This document shows positions 1 to 10,722 of a DNA stretch of 64,000 bases, piece by piece. Origin of the DNA: a virus. Its lineage: Duplodnaviria > Heunggongvirae > Uroviricota > Caudoviricetes. The stretch spans positions 12,191 through 76,190 of IMG/VR virus record IMGVR_UViG_3300022661_000085, one strand, 5' to 3'. The first letter of the stretch is position 1, and each line of letters begins with the position of its first letter. Below the pieces are notes generated by a model. The model was not told the origin of the DNA. It saw nothing but the letters and a program-made list of their open reading frames with translations, and did no database searches. The position numbers and the translations under genes are program-made.

Positions 1-351
1 GAACTCAGGCTGGTGCATCTGAAGCTTTTTGAAATCATTTCTGCCAACCAGCCAAGTCAGTATCTCTCTCCTTTGCGCATCCGAAATCGCTTCTTGAGAA
101 ATGATGCTGAATGTATATTCAGGAGCGTCATCATATTCAATGCCGTTGTGCAAAAATCTACGAGCTCTCGCCGATTTCGTTATGTTCAATGTCGGCGCGA
201 ACACCGCAGTATCTTCGACGGTTTCACTGTCAAACGAAGCAATCTTCAGATTGTAAGCCCCGGAATACACGCCGTCATATGTAAAGTATGTAGCGTTAAA
301 CATAATACTCCTTTCTATAGTAAAAGAGCCGTGTGTTGCAACGGCTCTTGG

Positions 352-3300
352 TTATATTGAAAATTTATTGACTTCCCTACGGTAGCCTGTCCTGCTGAAT
401 GCGCTGTCAATTTCCTTCTTGACCTCGTCCACCGCTTGCTTAACTACCTTCTTGAGGGTAGGCATAGTATCCTCGGTAACCGAGTCGCATCTGATAGCGA
501 CAATAGGCGCGTTATACTGAATACCGCCATTGCCACTCTGCGCCATACCAAGCATTTTGGGATAAGTATCTCTCAAGAACTTGCTCATTTGGGCGGGGGT
601 GGAAACGAATTCGCCATTCAAGAGCTTTGCAAAAATCTCGTTGTCTTTGAGAATTGCTCCGCTACCAGCAAAGCCACCGGTATGGTGTTGCTCAGTAGGT
701 GCGGGGACAACGGGGGTAATGTTTAAGCTTGCCGCAAGACCATCGATTGCCGCAGTGATTCTGTCAACTTCTCTGCTAATAAGCTTTTCGTACTCGTCGT
801 ATGAAGAATCAAGTTCTTCAGTTAAAACGTCGATGGCGTGCTCTAAAGTGAAATCGTCCAGCTCTTCTTGCGCCTTATCAAGCTCACCCTTTAACTCTCT
901 TGCGCGAGCTTTTCCTGCCTCGGAATTATCCAAACGCGCCAGCGACAATTGAGTTTGCAGGCTTGCTATATTCTGCTCTTTCTTTTCCAGTTCTTTACGA
1001 TAATCTAATTCCTCCTTATATGTCTCCAAGAGGTCTTTTCTCATATCGATAAGCTCTTTATACCTATCAAGCTCTTCATCGAGAGCATCTTTTTGTTTTT
1101 CGAGCGCTTCGGTTTGTTCTTCAAGAGCAGCACTCCTCAATAACGTAGCCATGACCGCAATTGCGTTATTAAGATTGCCTTGAGCTATATTGTAATTTTC
1201 TGTTCCCTGCTCACACGCCGCAAGCTTATCAACATATTTTTGTAGATATCCCGTAGCAAAATCATTGAGAATATCAGAATTGCTCCAACCCGCATAAGCT
1301 CCTTTTAATTGGAACCCTTGATTGGTCATATCAAAATATTTCAGCAAATCGGGATACTTATCGAGCAGATCAACGATAGCATCAGACGCGACAATACCAT
1401 TGTCGGTAATGCTTTCAAGCGCAGAGTTCAAGGAGTCAAACTTTCCTTCTATATCATTCAATATGTCCAGAAACGACTTTTCAGCAAGAACCTTAGCCGC
1501 GTCAGCCATTGCGTTAATTTGATTAACGAGACCTTCTATGGCACTGGCATCTTCCCACGAGAACATTCCAATCTCAATGAGATAATCAACCATCTGTTTG
1601 AACGCGGGATTGGTGTCATAAAGGTTCTTTATGCTGTCTGTGCTAACTATTCCTTCATTTGCCCATTGCTTAAGCGTTTTTTGTATATCCGGGAAGCGCT
1701 CCATCGTAATAACGGACTTCCAAACAGAATCAAAGTTACCTTCTGCAATTGCAATTTTGTGTAAGTATTTATAATATGTATTATAAGCTTCGTTAGCATC
1801 TTTCTGCCATTGTTCAAGATTTTCACCACTATGATAAGTGAGCATATCCTTTTGGTCTGAAAGCTGCTGATAGAAATCAAATACATAGTTTCTTTGCTGT
1901 TCTGTTGCATTTTGCCAATCGCCAAGAATTTGATCGACATAGTCCTGAGCACTCGTTGTCTTTACAGACCAGTCACTTATACCGTAACCAAATGCATCAG
2001 ATATGCCCAATGTAAGAACAGAAGCAAGAGAACGCCCAACACCATTCCAGAATGTGTTGTCTTCTTGAACGTATGCGTCAGAAAGTTTTTCATCAAGGAT
2101 TGTGCCGACGGCGGTTGAAGCATCTTTCTCTGCTTCTTTCCGTTTGGCTTGCTCGACGTCTTCGAGTAATGCTTTCTCTGCTTCAAGCTGAGCAATTGAA
2201 GCTTCGAGTCTTTCCATTTCCTCTTGCTCAACGAGAGTTATTTTACCGTTGTTACTCTGCTTTTGCAGTTCTTTCAATCTGTCCTTTGCGGATACAAGCT
2301 TTTCATTCAGATCTTCGACTGCCTTCGCAGCATCTTCCCAAGCCTCTTTGGATGCTTCTGCGGCATCGACCGCTTCCTCTTTTGCCTTAGTTGATGCGTT
2401 TGCAAAACCTACAATCGCCTTAACAACCGATGTGATTGCCAAAACAACTGCCGTAATTGCAAGTAAAATCCAACCCAGAGGGTTGTTGGACATAAAGCCC
2501 CAAATAGCTGTATTCGCCATTTTACAAGCGATAGCTATGCCGGTACCGATCAGCATTACTGCACCAACGATAATTTGCGCCAAAGGCGGCATCTTATCTG
2601 AAAACGTAGTGAAGGCAGTAATTAAAACGGTAATATAAAGCATAGGGTTCTTTGCTAAAGTAAGCAAAGCTTGCCCAATTGTTTGAGTGCCAAGCTGAAT
2701 AGCGGCAACGAAATCGCCCCAACTTGTAAGAGCTCCACCAAAAACTTTAGTTATTAACTTGCCGAGCAACACTACTGAAACACCAACAAGAGCAAGTGTC
2801 GGGATCATCGAATCCCCAAACGATAGAACAGCATCAATCACGTTGACCAATGTGCTCATTATGTCCACTAATGTTACGACAAGATCGCTACTCAAAATGG
2901 TTTGTGAAAAACTCTCCCACGATGTAGTAAGCTTGTTTATAGAAGCATCAATACTTTCAACATACGCCTCTGTGTACTTTTCTTGCGCCGTGCCAGCAGA
3001 GTCTGCTGCGGTTGCCGCGTAATCAAGCGCGTCTCCGTAGTTCTCCATAAGAACAATAAACTTTTCCTGCTGACGAGTACCCGCGAAAGCGGTAGCGATT
3101 GCGTGCTGTTCAACGTTGTCAAAGTTCTCCCACTTAGATGCTACTTCATCAAGGACATCACCAGATGATCTAAAAATACCGTTGGTGTCTCTAAGCGCAA
3201 TTCCAAGTTCATTAAGAACTGTCTCGACATCATTCAGACTTTCCCCTGTCTCTTCATCTATGAAGTTGCCGGCGGCAACCTGATTCATTCGAGCGAACAA

Positions 3301-4716
3301 GGTTTTATAGAATGTACCAACACTCTCTGCGCCGTCCTGCGTTACTTCTGCAACGGTCGCTATGTAGCCGATAAGCTTGTTCATTGAAACACCAGCAATG
3401 TCTGCGCTCGTAGCTGTTTCAGCCATTGCTGTAGCAATATCGCCCGCACTTACCGCCGCTTCCATATCGACGGCAGTGAACTTATCGACAATATCGGTAG
3501 CCTCTTCTACTTCCTTTTTGTATCCCTTCATTGCGCTCGTAAGGGCTTTGGAGGCTTCGGCAGACTCTATCTGACCGAGCTTAGAAAGCATCATACTTGC
3601 ATAAATAAGGGTGTTTGCTTCTTCAATTGAGTAACCTTGACGAAGCCAAGTATCAGCACTTTGCGCAACCTCAAGTGTTGTAGCTCCAAGTTGCTTCGCG
3701 AGTTTACTATATGCTTTTATTAGTTCCTCTGTTTCTTCTCGCGTTTTTCCACTTGCGATCTGCAAATCGGTTATAGCCCTATCAAGCTCAACTACATTTT
3801 GATATAGCTGTTTAAGGGCTCGTGTAGCGATTCCTATAATCGCATACGCAAACGTTTGAAGAATTTTACTTGTAAAGGTATCCTTGAGCTTATTACCAAG
3901 TGTATCAGTTTCCCTTTGTATTTTCTTTAACTGACTCTGTGTGCCAATAAACTCTTGATTGAGCTTTTTGACAGCGGCTTGCTTGTCTTCTATGCTCATA
4001 TCATCGGTAAATGCGCTATTTACCTTTGCGTTAAAATCGTCAACGATTTGTCTCGCCTCTTTACTTCTGGCAATGACTTTATCAAAGCCGCCATCCGTGT
4101 ATAGCGATTGTGCATTTCTTTGTAGTTTCGCATAGCTCATTTCGAGCTTCGATGTGGCATCTGTGTTTGATGCACGCTTCTGCTCCATCTGTAAAGCTCT
4201 GTCAAGGCTTTGCGCATACTGATCCAGAGAATCTGCCTGTTCCTTAGTAATGTTACCATTAGCTAAAGCTTCTCTTCGATTGCCACTATATGCGGCAGTC
4301 AAATCTCTTATTTTTTGTTCTGCTATTGTAGCAGTAACACCACCCTCGGCATCATTTTTTATCTGCCTTTGCTGAGCGATGGATAGCGCCTCAAGCTGTC
4401 GTCTAAGATTGTCGTAAGCTGACGCTTGAGCATTTGCGGAGCTTCCTCCTGCTCCACCGGAGGAGGTACCACCATTCCCTTGAGTGGCAGTAACATTATC
4501 CGTTTTGATTGTTATTTTTAAATCGCCAAGCGTTTTCTCAAGCTCGGCTTTTAATGATGTTAATTGTTGGGTAAAATGATTTTTGTCAATGTTGACTTTT
4601 AGATGTATCTGTTTAGATAGCTCTTCCAGTTGTGACTTGATAAGCTGACCGGACTCGCCACTGATACTACTGCCACCAGCGACACCAAATCTAATGCCAA
4701 CTACATTATCTGCCAT
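352..4716 (-). CDS. phage tail tape measure protein
   Basis: 1454-aa ORF with long coiled-coil Ala/Gln/Glu-rich stretches, a Gly-rich N region and a central cluster of hydrophobic membrane-like segments. It lies last in the minus-strand tail gene series. Confidence 0.75.
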   Translation of the reverse strand: MADNVVGIRFGVAGGSSISGESGQLIKSQLEELSKQIHLKVNIDKNHFTQQLTSLKAELEKTLGDLKITIKTDNVTATQGNGGTSSGGAGGSSANAQASAYDNLRRQLEALSIAQQRQIKNDAEGGVTATIAEQKIRDLTAAYSGNRREALANGNITKEQADSLDQYAQSLDRALQMEQKRASNTDATSKLEMSYAKLQRNAQSLYTDGGFDKVIARSKEARQIVDDFNAKVNSAFTDDMSIEDKQAAVKKLNQEFIGTQSQLKKIQRETDTLGNKLKDTFTSKILQTFAYAIIGIATRALKQLYQNVVELDRAITDLQIASGKTREETEELIKAYSKLAKQLGATTLEVAQSADTWLRQGYSIEEANTLIYASMMLSKLGQIESAEASKALTSAMKGYKKEVEEATDIVDKFTAVDMEAAVSAGDIATAMAETATSADIAGVSMNKLIGYIATVAEVTQDGAESVGTFYKTLFARMNQVAAGNFIDEETGESLNDVETVLNELGIALRDTNGIFRSSGDVLDEVASKWENFDNVEQHAIATAFAGTRQQEKFIVLMENYGDALDYAATAADSAGTAQEKYTEAYVESIDASINKLTTSWESFSQTILSSDLVVTLVDIMSTLVNVIDAVLSFGDSMIPTLALVGVSVVLLGKLITKVFGGALTSWGDFVAAIQLGTQTIGQALLTLAKNPMLYITVLITAFTTFSDKMPPLAQIIVGAVMLIGTGIAIACKMANTAIWGFMSNNPLGWILLAITAVVLAITSVVKAIVGFANASTKAKEEAVDAAEASKEAWEDAAKAVEDLNEKLVSAKDRLKELQKQSNNGKITLVEQEEMERLEASIAQLEAEKALLEDVEQAKRKEAEKDASTAVGTILDEKLSDAYVQEDNTFWNGVGRSLASVLTLGISDAFGYGISDWSVKTTSAQDYVDQILGDWQNATEQQRNYVFDFYQQLSDQKDMLTYHSGENLEQWQKDANEAYNTYYKYLHKIAIAEGNFDSVWKSVITMERFPDIQKTLKQWANEGIVSTDSIKNLYDTNPAFKQMVDYLIEIGMFSWEDASAIEGLVNQINAMADAAKVLAEKSFLDILNDIEGKFDSLNSALESITDNGIVASDAIVDLLDKYPDLLKYFDMTNQGFQLKGAYAGWSNSDILNDFATGYLQKYVDKLAACEQGTENYNIAQGNLNNAIAVMATLLRSAALEEQTEALEKQKDALDEELDRYKELIDMRKDLLETYKEELDYRKELEKKEQNIASLQTQLSLARLDNSEAGKARARELKGELDKAQEELDDFTLEHAIDVLTEELDSSYDEYEKLISREVDRITAAIDGLAASLNITPVVPAPTEQHHTGGFAGSGAILKDNEIFAKLLNGEFVSTPAQMSKFLRDTYPKMLGMAQSGNGGIQYNAPIVAIRCDSVTEDTMPTLKKVVKQAVDEVKKEIDSAFSRTGYRREVNKFSI

Positions 4717-4774
4717 TTTTCTCCTCCTTTATTTTATTTTGAAAGCCCACCAAAGTGGGCTTGGATTTTCTCGT

Positions 4775-5302
4775 TTATACATATTCGCCCTCAAGGTAAG
4801 CCGTCGCAACTCCCGCCGATGCGCCGTTAAATTCACTTACGGCTTCGTCAAGGAAATTACTGGGTGCGCGAGTACGCTTACCCCACACGTTCTTTGCAAC
4901 GACCGTTCCGTTGTAAGTCCAATCGCCGTGAACGGGGTGCGATGTACGGTACCCCTTCGCAAACAGAAGAACGATGTTCTTCAATCCGTCGGGATAACCG
5001 TCGGGATATAATGATTCTCTATGCAAACTTCCCTCTCGGAAAGAAAGCTTTATCTCAAAGCGTCCATCCTCCCGCAGTAAAGGCTCTTCGACAATGATGT
5101 CATCCAAAGAGATGGACTTGATCTCCGAGTGAATATGGTTGTATAATATCTTTTTCATCCTGTTGCCGTAGGCTTTCACCTGTGCCCGAGTGAATTTTTC
5201 ATCATACTCGATACCATATTTCTCTCTGATTGCTTGTTTTCCTTCAGGGGACTTCGCGTATTCTCTCACAAGTTTCATTATGTACGATTCAGAAATTGCC
5301 AT
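4775..5302 (-). CDS. hypothetical phage protein (downstream of tape measure)
   Basis: 175-aa ORF with no recognisable motif. Position suggests a tail-associated protein. Confidence 0.4.
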   Translation of the reverse strand: MAISESYIMKLVREYAKSPEGKQAIREKYGIEYDEKFTRAQVKAYGNRMKKILYNHIHSEIKSISLDDIIVEEPLLREDGRFEIKLSFREGSLHRESLYPDGYPDGLKNIVLLFAKGYRTSHPVHGDWTYNGTVVAKNVWGKRTRAPSNFLDEAVSEFNGASAGVATAYLEGEYV

Positions 5303-5337
5303 ATAAAGCCCCCTTTATTTTTCATCAAATGTATGTT

Positions 5338-5700
5338 TTATGGGAGGATAGTCCACTCTTGGATTTCTTCCCAAATCCTATCGACGAATGAGTTTCCGCC
5401 GAGCTTCTTATATTGCTTATACATAAAAGCAATGCTTTCGTATTCGTACTGATATATTTCGCAGGTACCACGTCTTTTGTAGTAAATCATTTCAATGAGT
5501 TCACGCAAAACGCACCTGTCAGTTTCACGTTGCTCCTCTTCTCTTTCCTGCTCTCTCTTTTTATCTTCTTTGCTTTTGAGTATCTTCTTGCGGAACGGTT
5601 CACACACGATCATCAAGATGTTAAATGAACCGATAATAATTGATACAATAAAGCTAACCAATTGTAGTGTTTCTGCCACTTGCACTTGCTCCCTTCCCAC
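5338..5700 (-). CDS. small membrane protein, charged C-terminal half
   Basis: 120-aa ORF with an N-terminal hydrophobic helix followed by a Lys/Glu/Arg-rich segment. Confidence 0.3.
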   Translation of the reverse strand: MGREQVQVAETLQLVSFIVSIIIGSFNILMIVCEPFRKKILKSKEDKKREQEREEEQRETDRCVLRELIEMIYYKRRGTCEIYQYEYESIAFMYKQYKKLGGNSFVDRIWEEIQEWTILP

Positions 5701-5727
5701 TCAACTCCCAAAGGGAGCTAAGCGGTC

Positions 5728-6372
5728 TTAATTGTTTTCTGTATTTTCTGCTGTTGCCTTGAACTTGAGAATACCATCGATAAGCTGGTCTTCAGACAAG
5801 TTGGGCATATTTTTGAACACGTTGAGCAATTCCGTCAGCTCTTCCTTTGAGAAGTCTATCTTGCCCATAGCACCACCGAGTTTACTGAACAATCCGTTGA
5901 TATCGGTCTTGTTTGCCAAGTAATCTCTCTGTGCGGCAATAGCACGGTCAGCCTCGTCAAAGATGTCATCGATATCCTCTCCTACAATCTCGATAACGTC
6001 GCGGTAAATGGTCGTATGATTAAGAATCATCCACAAATCATTGAGCTTCGCGGGAAGCTTCAAGTCAGTGAAGTGCTGAAGAACCGCACATCTCTTTGCG
6101 AGTTTTACGTACTGAGGGGTATAACTCTGAATGGTGTCTATGCCTACCGTAAATGCGCTATCTACGATAAAGCTAATCATCTCCGTTCTTTCTGCGAACG
6201 AAATCACGGGGGTTACAACGACTTTCAATTCGGTTTCGCCCTCGCCGTATGTAAGAGTCTGGGGCTTAGCCGCCTGCGACTCAATCAATGCTTTCAGTGC
6301 ATTTTTTACTTTTGCCTTTGCGTTTGTGTTCACTTTTTTGTTGCTCATCCTTTTTCTCCTTTGCTTTCGCAT
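5728..6372 (-). CDS. hypothetical protein (tail assembly chaperone position, immediately upstream of tape measure)
   Basis: 214-aa ORF, synteny only. Confidence 0.35.
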   Translation of the reverse strand: MRKQRRKRMSNKKVNTNAKAKVKNALKALIESQAAKPQTLTYGEGETELKVVVTPVISFAERTEMISFIVDSAFTVGIDTIQSYTPQYVKLAKRCAVLQHFTDLKLPAKLNDLWMILNHTTIYRDVIEIVGEDIDDIFDEADRAIAAQRDYLANKTDINGLFSKLGGAMGKIDFSKEELTELLNVFKNMPNLSEDQLIDGILKFKATAENTENN

Positions 6373-6373
6373 T

Positions 6374-7153
6374 TTAATCGCTATAGTATTCCCACCTATA
6401 GCCGTGGCTTTGTTTTGTTTTATGAGTACAGCAATCGATTATGCACGAACGGTTGTACCCAGTTTCTCTTTGTATTTCTCTTGAAGAACTCCATACCTTG
6501 ATGAGTTCTCCGGTTGTCAAATCATATTGACAAATCTTGATTGCTGAGGCTTTATTTCTTTCAGCAACATCGAGGCGACTTTTACCGTACATCGGATTTT
6601 GGGTACCATTGTACTTCCCCTTCTTAGCCTCAGATATCTTTATTTTTGTTTCCTCCGAACATTTTCTACCAATGTTGGGGTTCTTGTCGCTATTCATAAA
6701 AGCTTTTATCCGAGCCTTATGTTCGTCAGATAGTTTCTTACCTCGATGAATGTCACCAATCTTCTGGCGTTGTTCTAAAGTCATTCGGTATCCTGTAATA
6801 CCATCACCGCCATCGGTTAAGTTGTATCCGACATTTTTGTTGTTTGATTGATATTCGGATATATATTTTTGTTCAAGAGCATAGAGCTGTTCTCTCATAT
6901 CGTCAAACGAAGCTCTTTCAACTTCTTCTAATACAGTAAACTTAAAATTCTCTATGCCGTATTTCGCCATAGCTTTGTGAAAATATGTGGGGCTATGACC
7001 GTTTTCTGTAAAGCTATCGTATATATGCTCACCTATTCTTGCGCTTAGTTGGCGAGTAGTTATTCCAACGTACACTTTGCCATTAACAAGGTTTGTCGCC
7101 AGATACACGAGCCCTTTTCTTTGCTTCTCTCCTGAGACGCTTACACTCGTCAT
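6374..7153 (-). CDS. GIY-YIG homing endonuclease
   Basis: N-terminal 'LVYLATNLVNGKVYVGITTRQLSARIGEH' GIY-YIG motif plus a basic C-terminal DNA-binding region. It is inserted inside the structural module. The annotated start overlaps the upstream ORF by 70 nt, so the true start may be an internal or alternative start codon. Confidence 0.7.
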   Translation of the reverse strand: MTSVSVSGEKQRKGLVYLATNLVNGKVYVGITTRQLSARIGEHIYDSFTENGHSPTYFHKAMAKYGIENFKFTVLEEVERASFDDMREQLYALEQKYISEYQSNNKNVGYNLTDGGDGITGYRMTLEQRQKIGDIHRGKKLSDEHKARIKAFMNSDKNPNIGRKCSEETKIKISEAKKGKYNGTQNPMYGKSRLDVAERNKASAIKICQYDLTTGELIKVWSSSREIQRETGYNRSCIIDCCTHKTKQSHGYRWEYYSD

Positions 7154-7538
7154 ACTCTATCCAACCTCCGTATTTTTTTACATAGACAAGCCAAATATAT
7201 TCAATGCTTGGGTATGTGAACCAAAACATCTTTCTCTTTAATATTGCAACCGCGTCAGGGCAACCTTTAATGTCAATAACTTGCTCCCTGCCATCTGCAT
7301 AAACAACATAGAAATCCGCTTTGTATTCGATGGGTTGCACCTTCTTGCCACAGTGTGTGTAAGAAGGTTGCAAGATGTATTTTTTTTGACGTTCAAATTT
7401 CAGAATACTTCCATCCTCAATACCGGGGAGAATTACTTCTGTGTAATATCTCATCTCCACCGAGCTATCGAAGACAATTCCGTCAAACGTCCTATCGGCT
7501 TTGTCTTTGCCGACGTTGAATTTGCTGGTTCTTCCCAT
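7083..7538 (-). CDS. DUF1064-like protein (putative nuclease fold)
   Basis: 'RTFDGIVFDSSVEMRYYTEVI...LKFERQ' resembles the conserved N-terminal core of phage DUF1064 proteins. This is family recall, not a database hit. Confidence 0.4.
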   Translation of the reverse strand: MGRTSKFNVGKDKADRTFDGIVFDSSVEMRYYTEVILPGIEDGSILKFERQKKYILQPSYTHCGKKVQPIEYKADFYVVYADGREQVIDIKGCPDAVAILKRKMFWFTYPSIEYIWLVYVKKYGGWIEYDECKRLRREAKKRARVSGDKPC

Positions 7539-7590
7539 AAGTAAAAGATAGCCGTGGTTGTTACGCCACGGCTATATAAAATAAATTTAA

Positions 7591-8148
7591 TTATTCAGCA
7601 GCGACGTCATCGCGCTCAATGTCAACGACCATACCCTTATCGTTGGTTCCAAGCTCGAATTCGATGTCGAGACTCTGAGGATCGCCAGAGCCATTGTAGG
7701 TTACGTTGTAACCGGGCTTCACGCAAGCCTTGTAGGCAGTGATAGTCTCGCTGTATGTAGTACCGTCTTCGCCCTGCCATACGGTTTTACCCTTAACGAT
7801 GTAGTACTTGGGCGCAACAGCGTCCTTGTCGTTCTTGAACGAAACCTCCTTGCCCGCAGCAGAAACATCTCCGCCGGATGCAAGAGTGAGCATCGCCATA
7901 TTGACGATCTGAGTAGAAATCTTAAGAGTACCCTCGGTAGGATCCTTGAAGCCGATCATTTTAGCGTGAGTCTGTCCGCCAGTAGCCCAAGTAATTGAAG
8001 AAGTCAACTCAAGAGATACTTCGTTTGCAAACTTGATGTCCGCAATTGCGTCACCAGAGACCACGCCATCTTTCTCATACGCATAGAATTCGATGTCCAA
8101 ACCAAGACGGTTAGCCATCTTTGTAGTTTTGTCTAATGCAGTAGCCAT
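7591..8148 (-). CDS. putative major tail (tube) protein
   Basis: 185-aa Ser/Thr/Gly-rich beta-type protein with a strong 'AAGGAG'-type RBS context. It sits between the connector genes and the chaperone/tape-measure genes. Confidence 0.4.
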   Translation of the reverse strand: MATALDKTTKMANRLGLDIEFYAYEKDGVVSGDAIADIKFANEVSLELTSSITWATGGQTHAKMIGFKDPTEGTLKISTQIVNMAMLTLASGGDVSAAGKEVSFKNDKDAVAPKYYIVKGKTVWQGEDGTTYSETITAYKACVKPGYNVTYNGSGDPQSLDIEFELGTNDKGMVVDIERDDVAAE

Positions 8149-8159
8149 TTTTGTTCTCC

Positions 8160-8921
8160 TTATATTTTAATTATTGGTTTTAACCACCCCTGCATATCGA
8201 AGTTCTCTCCACCGTGATTACTGAAAGCCATCTCGTTTAGATTCATTGCTCTCAAATATCCGTATTGGAAGAACTGGTCATACAGTTGGAATACAGTTAA
8301 ATCGTAAATATTGAATAGATTGTAAGAGGTTGAAGCGGCGCAAAGCTTTGAAATAATGTTGCCGAGGTTCATATTCTTGTCGGGTGGCGCTTTGGTGCTT
8401 TCCTCTTTTAGGTATTGCTGTGCCCGTTCCCAAAGTTCTTGGGCTTGTTTTGACGAGTGCTTAACGGGTTTAGCGGACTCGCCTATGTTGATGTAATTCA
8501 TTTGCAACATCATATCTCGAACGTCGTCGAAATTTTCTCGGGTAATCGTTCCCACCTTGTTGCCATCGCTATCTACGAGCGAGAATGACCGTGAGTGTTT
8601 ATCCCAAACCAAATCCTCGACAACAAAAAAAGCCATTGCATTTTGCAATAGCATTCTTGGTTCGTCTATGAGAGTCATTACATCGAAAAGCGATAGGTCT
8701 TCATTCTGTTCCAACTTGCGCAGATTCCTGCCAGTTGTAATCTTCATAAACTTGACAATTTCGCTTCTATCCCAAGCCATAAGTCCAATATATAAATTGT
8801 ACTTCCAAGTGCCGATACCTTGGGTTGGCTTGAGTTCTTTTAATTGCGGAGATCTGAAGTGACCTATTCCACTAACAAAAATGGAATCTCCGCTTATTAG
8901 GTCTTCGTAAGTGAATTTCAC
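8160..8921 (-). CDS. phage structural/hypothetical protein
   Basis: 253-aa ORF, start overlaps the stop of the upstream gene (coupled in operon). Confidence 0.4.
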   Translation of the reverse strand: MKFTYEDLISGDSIFVSGIGHFRSPQLKELKPTQGIGTWKYNLYIGLMAWDRSEIVKFMKITTGRNLRKLEQNEDLSLFDVMTLIDEPRMLLQNAMAFFVVEDLVWDKHSRSFSLVDSDGNKVGTITRENFDDVRDMMLQMNYINIGESAKPVKHSSKQAQELWERAQQYLKEESTKAPPDKNMNLGNIISKLCAASTSYNLFNIYDLTVFQLYDQFFQYGYLRAMNLNEMAFSNHGGENFDMQGWLKPIIKI

Positions 8922-9433
8922 TCGTGGTCTTCCAGCTCTACGATATTAAAGTCAGGAATTCTATAAGTGATTTCCCGCAGGGTGAATCCGCTGATCGGCG
9001 ACAGGGTTCTAACGGATTGAAGTGATAGAGTGCCTATTCCGCCTATGCCCATCGTGTCGTTCAATAATCTATCTACGTATCTCACCAAATTATCTCTGCG
9101 ATTTCCCATTACTCCGCGGAAAGTACTGCCTTTCAGTTTCATATAGCTCTTGTGACAAGCTATGGTAACATATAGGCGTACACCCTTTATCTGTTTGTTT
9201 TCAACGTGATCGACATCTATCTCAGCCCAAATGTAAGCTGAACTTTCCTGTGTCGTATCATCTACGTATTGGTAGTCATAAAGCAACTCGTCAAGAGCTT
9301 TATCACTATCTTCTTCGGCTATGCTATTGAAACTCTTGTTAAGCAATAGCCCTAAACAATACTTATCTTCAGATATCCTTTTCAAAACTTTTGCTGGATA
9401 TTCTACGAGCTGATCTAAATATGTCTTAGCCAA
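8918..9433 (-). CDS. phage structural/hypothetical protein
   Basis: 171-aa ORF with a 4-nt overlap to its neighbours. Confidence 0.4.
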   Translation of the reverse strand: MAKTYLDQLVEYPAKVLKRISEDKYCLGLLLNKSFNSIAEEDSDKALDELLYDYQYVDDTTQESSAYIWAEIDVDHVENKQIKGVRLYVTIACHKSYMKLKGSTFRGVMGNRRDNLVRYVDRLLNDTMGIGGIGTLSLQSVRTLSPISGFTLREITYRIPDFNIVELEDHE

Positions 9434-10403
9434 TAGAGATCACCTCAACTTCTTTCGTGACGGCACCATAGGTTTCGGATTTATCGAAGCACTCCAATAG
9501 CAAAACCTTGCCAATCAGAGAGTCATCCATAGCGACACTCAAAGTGACGCCATAATCTCCGTTACCAACGATGTTAACTCCGTCAAGCGCAGGCTGAACC
9601 TTCCACTCGGGGAGCAAACCATCAAGGGCATTCACCTTATAAGTACGCCCCGTTCCGACACGAATAGTATCCCTTCCTTCAAGGAAGAGATCTGTGACAG
9701 GCTCTTCTTCTGATGATGTAGCGAAGTAATCACAAATCATCAAATCGATATTGTCTTTTTCTTCGTTATACAAATCATCCGTTAGCCCAAATGCAAGCAA
9801 ATGGCTTCCCTTACCATAGTTTCTACTCTTGGTATCGAGCCAACAAATCTTGCCGACATCGATAATAGGCTTACCGTTTGCATCGTAAATTGTATCTATA
9901 GCCAAACGCTTGTCAACGCATAGCGCCTTACTGTCTTCGTCCATAGAAACATAGCAATTGAACGTATTATTTGTGACCGGGATTGCTTTATCGCTTCCTT
10001 TTGAATACGAGCCATCGTCAATAATGGCGTGCTTCTTAATGATTTTGCCACTCAAATCTTGATACTTGAATAGCTGATTGCACAGCCAAAGCTCACCGTG
10101 AGTAAGTTCATACTCGTCCGTATAGAGCTCCATACAAATCCAATATTCATTGAATACGTAAATCAAGTCGCCAATGCTCATAGTGTCTTCGGGCATAACC
10201 GTCAGACGGCATTTGCGAGTATTGCTTCTGGTCGCAATGATCGGTTGTGATACGCCGTTACGCAGAGCGCCTGTTTGATATGAAACGCTATTTTTAAAGG
10301 TCTCAATCAAGGTTTTTCTTGCGGAGTCCCTCTCCTGCTCGCGTTCTGCATCACGATTCATTTCCAACCAAGAGCGATATTTGTCAAACCAGTCATTTGT
10401 CAT
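9426..10403 (-). CDS. phage structural/hypothetical protein
   Basis: 325-aa ORF in the connector/tail region. Confidence 0.4.
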   Translation of the reverse strand: MTNDWFDKYRSWLEMNRDAEREQERDSARKTLIETFKNSVSYQTGALRNGVSQPIIATRSNTRKCRLTVMPEDTMSIGDLIYVFNEYWICMELYTDEYELTHGELWLCNQLFKYQDLSGKIIKKHAIIDDGSYSKGSDKAIPVTNNTFNCYVSMDEDSKALCVDKRLAIDTIYDANGKPIIDVGKICWLDTKSRNYGKGSHLLAFGLTDDLYNEEKDNIDLMICDYFATSSEEEPVTDLFLEGRDTIRVGTGRTYKVNALDGLLPEWKVQPALDGVNIVGNGDYGVTLSVAMDDSLIGKVLLLECFDKSETYGAVTKEVEVISIG

Positions 10404-10722
10404 TCTTTACTCCCCCGTATGCCACATAAAGGTTGTCGATATTGCGGGTTGAATTCAAGACGATCTTTCTCCATTTCTTGAAGTCAACAGGATGTTTTGA
10501 CGCATACTGCAAATTGTTGATTACGTACAAGTACTGTTTCTGATTTGCCAAAATCGGATATGTAGTTGTTGCTCCCTCAAGGTTGATAAGCAGAGCCTCA
10601 ATGTAATCACTAAGGTGATTATCAACGCCTGCCATTTCGTCTTCTTTCATAGGGAGGAGTTTAAACACATCTCCGCGCAAATTTGATAAAAAATTCAAAA
10701 GTTGTTCCATATAACACCTCAT
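10393..10722 (-). CDS. phage head-tail joining/hypothetical protein
   Basis: 109-aa ORF with overlapping starts and stops. Confidence 0.35.
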   Translation of the reverse strand: MRCYMEQLLNFLSNLRGDVFKLLPMKEDEMAGVDNHLSDYIEALLINLEGATTTYPILANQKQYLYVINNLQYASKHPVDFKKWRKIVLNSTRNIDNLYVAYGGVKNDK

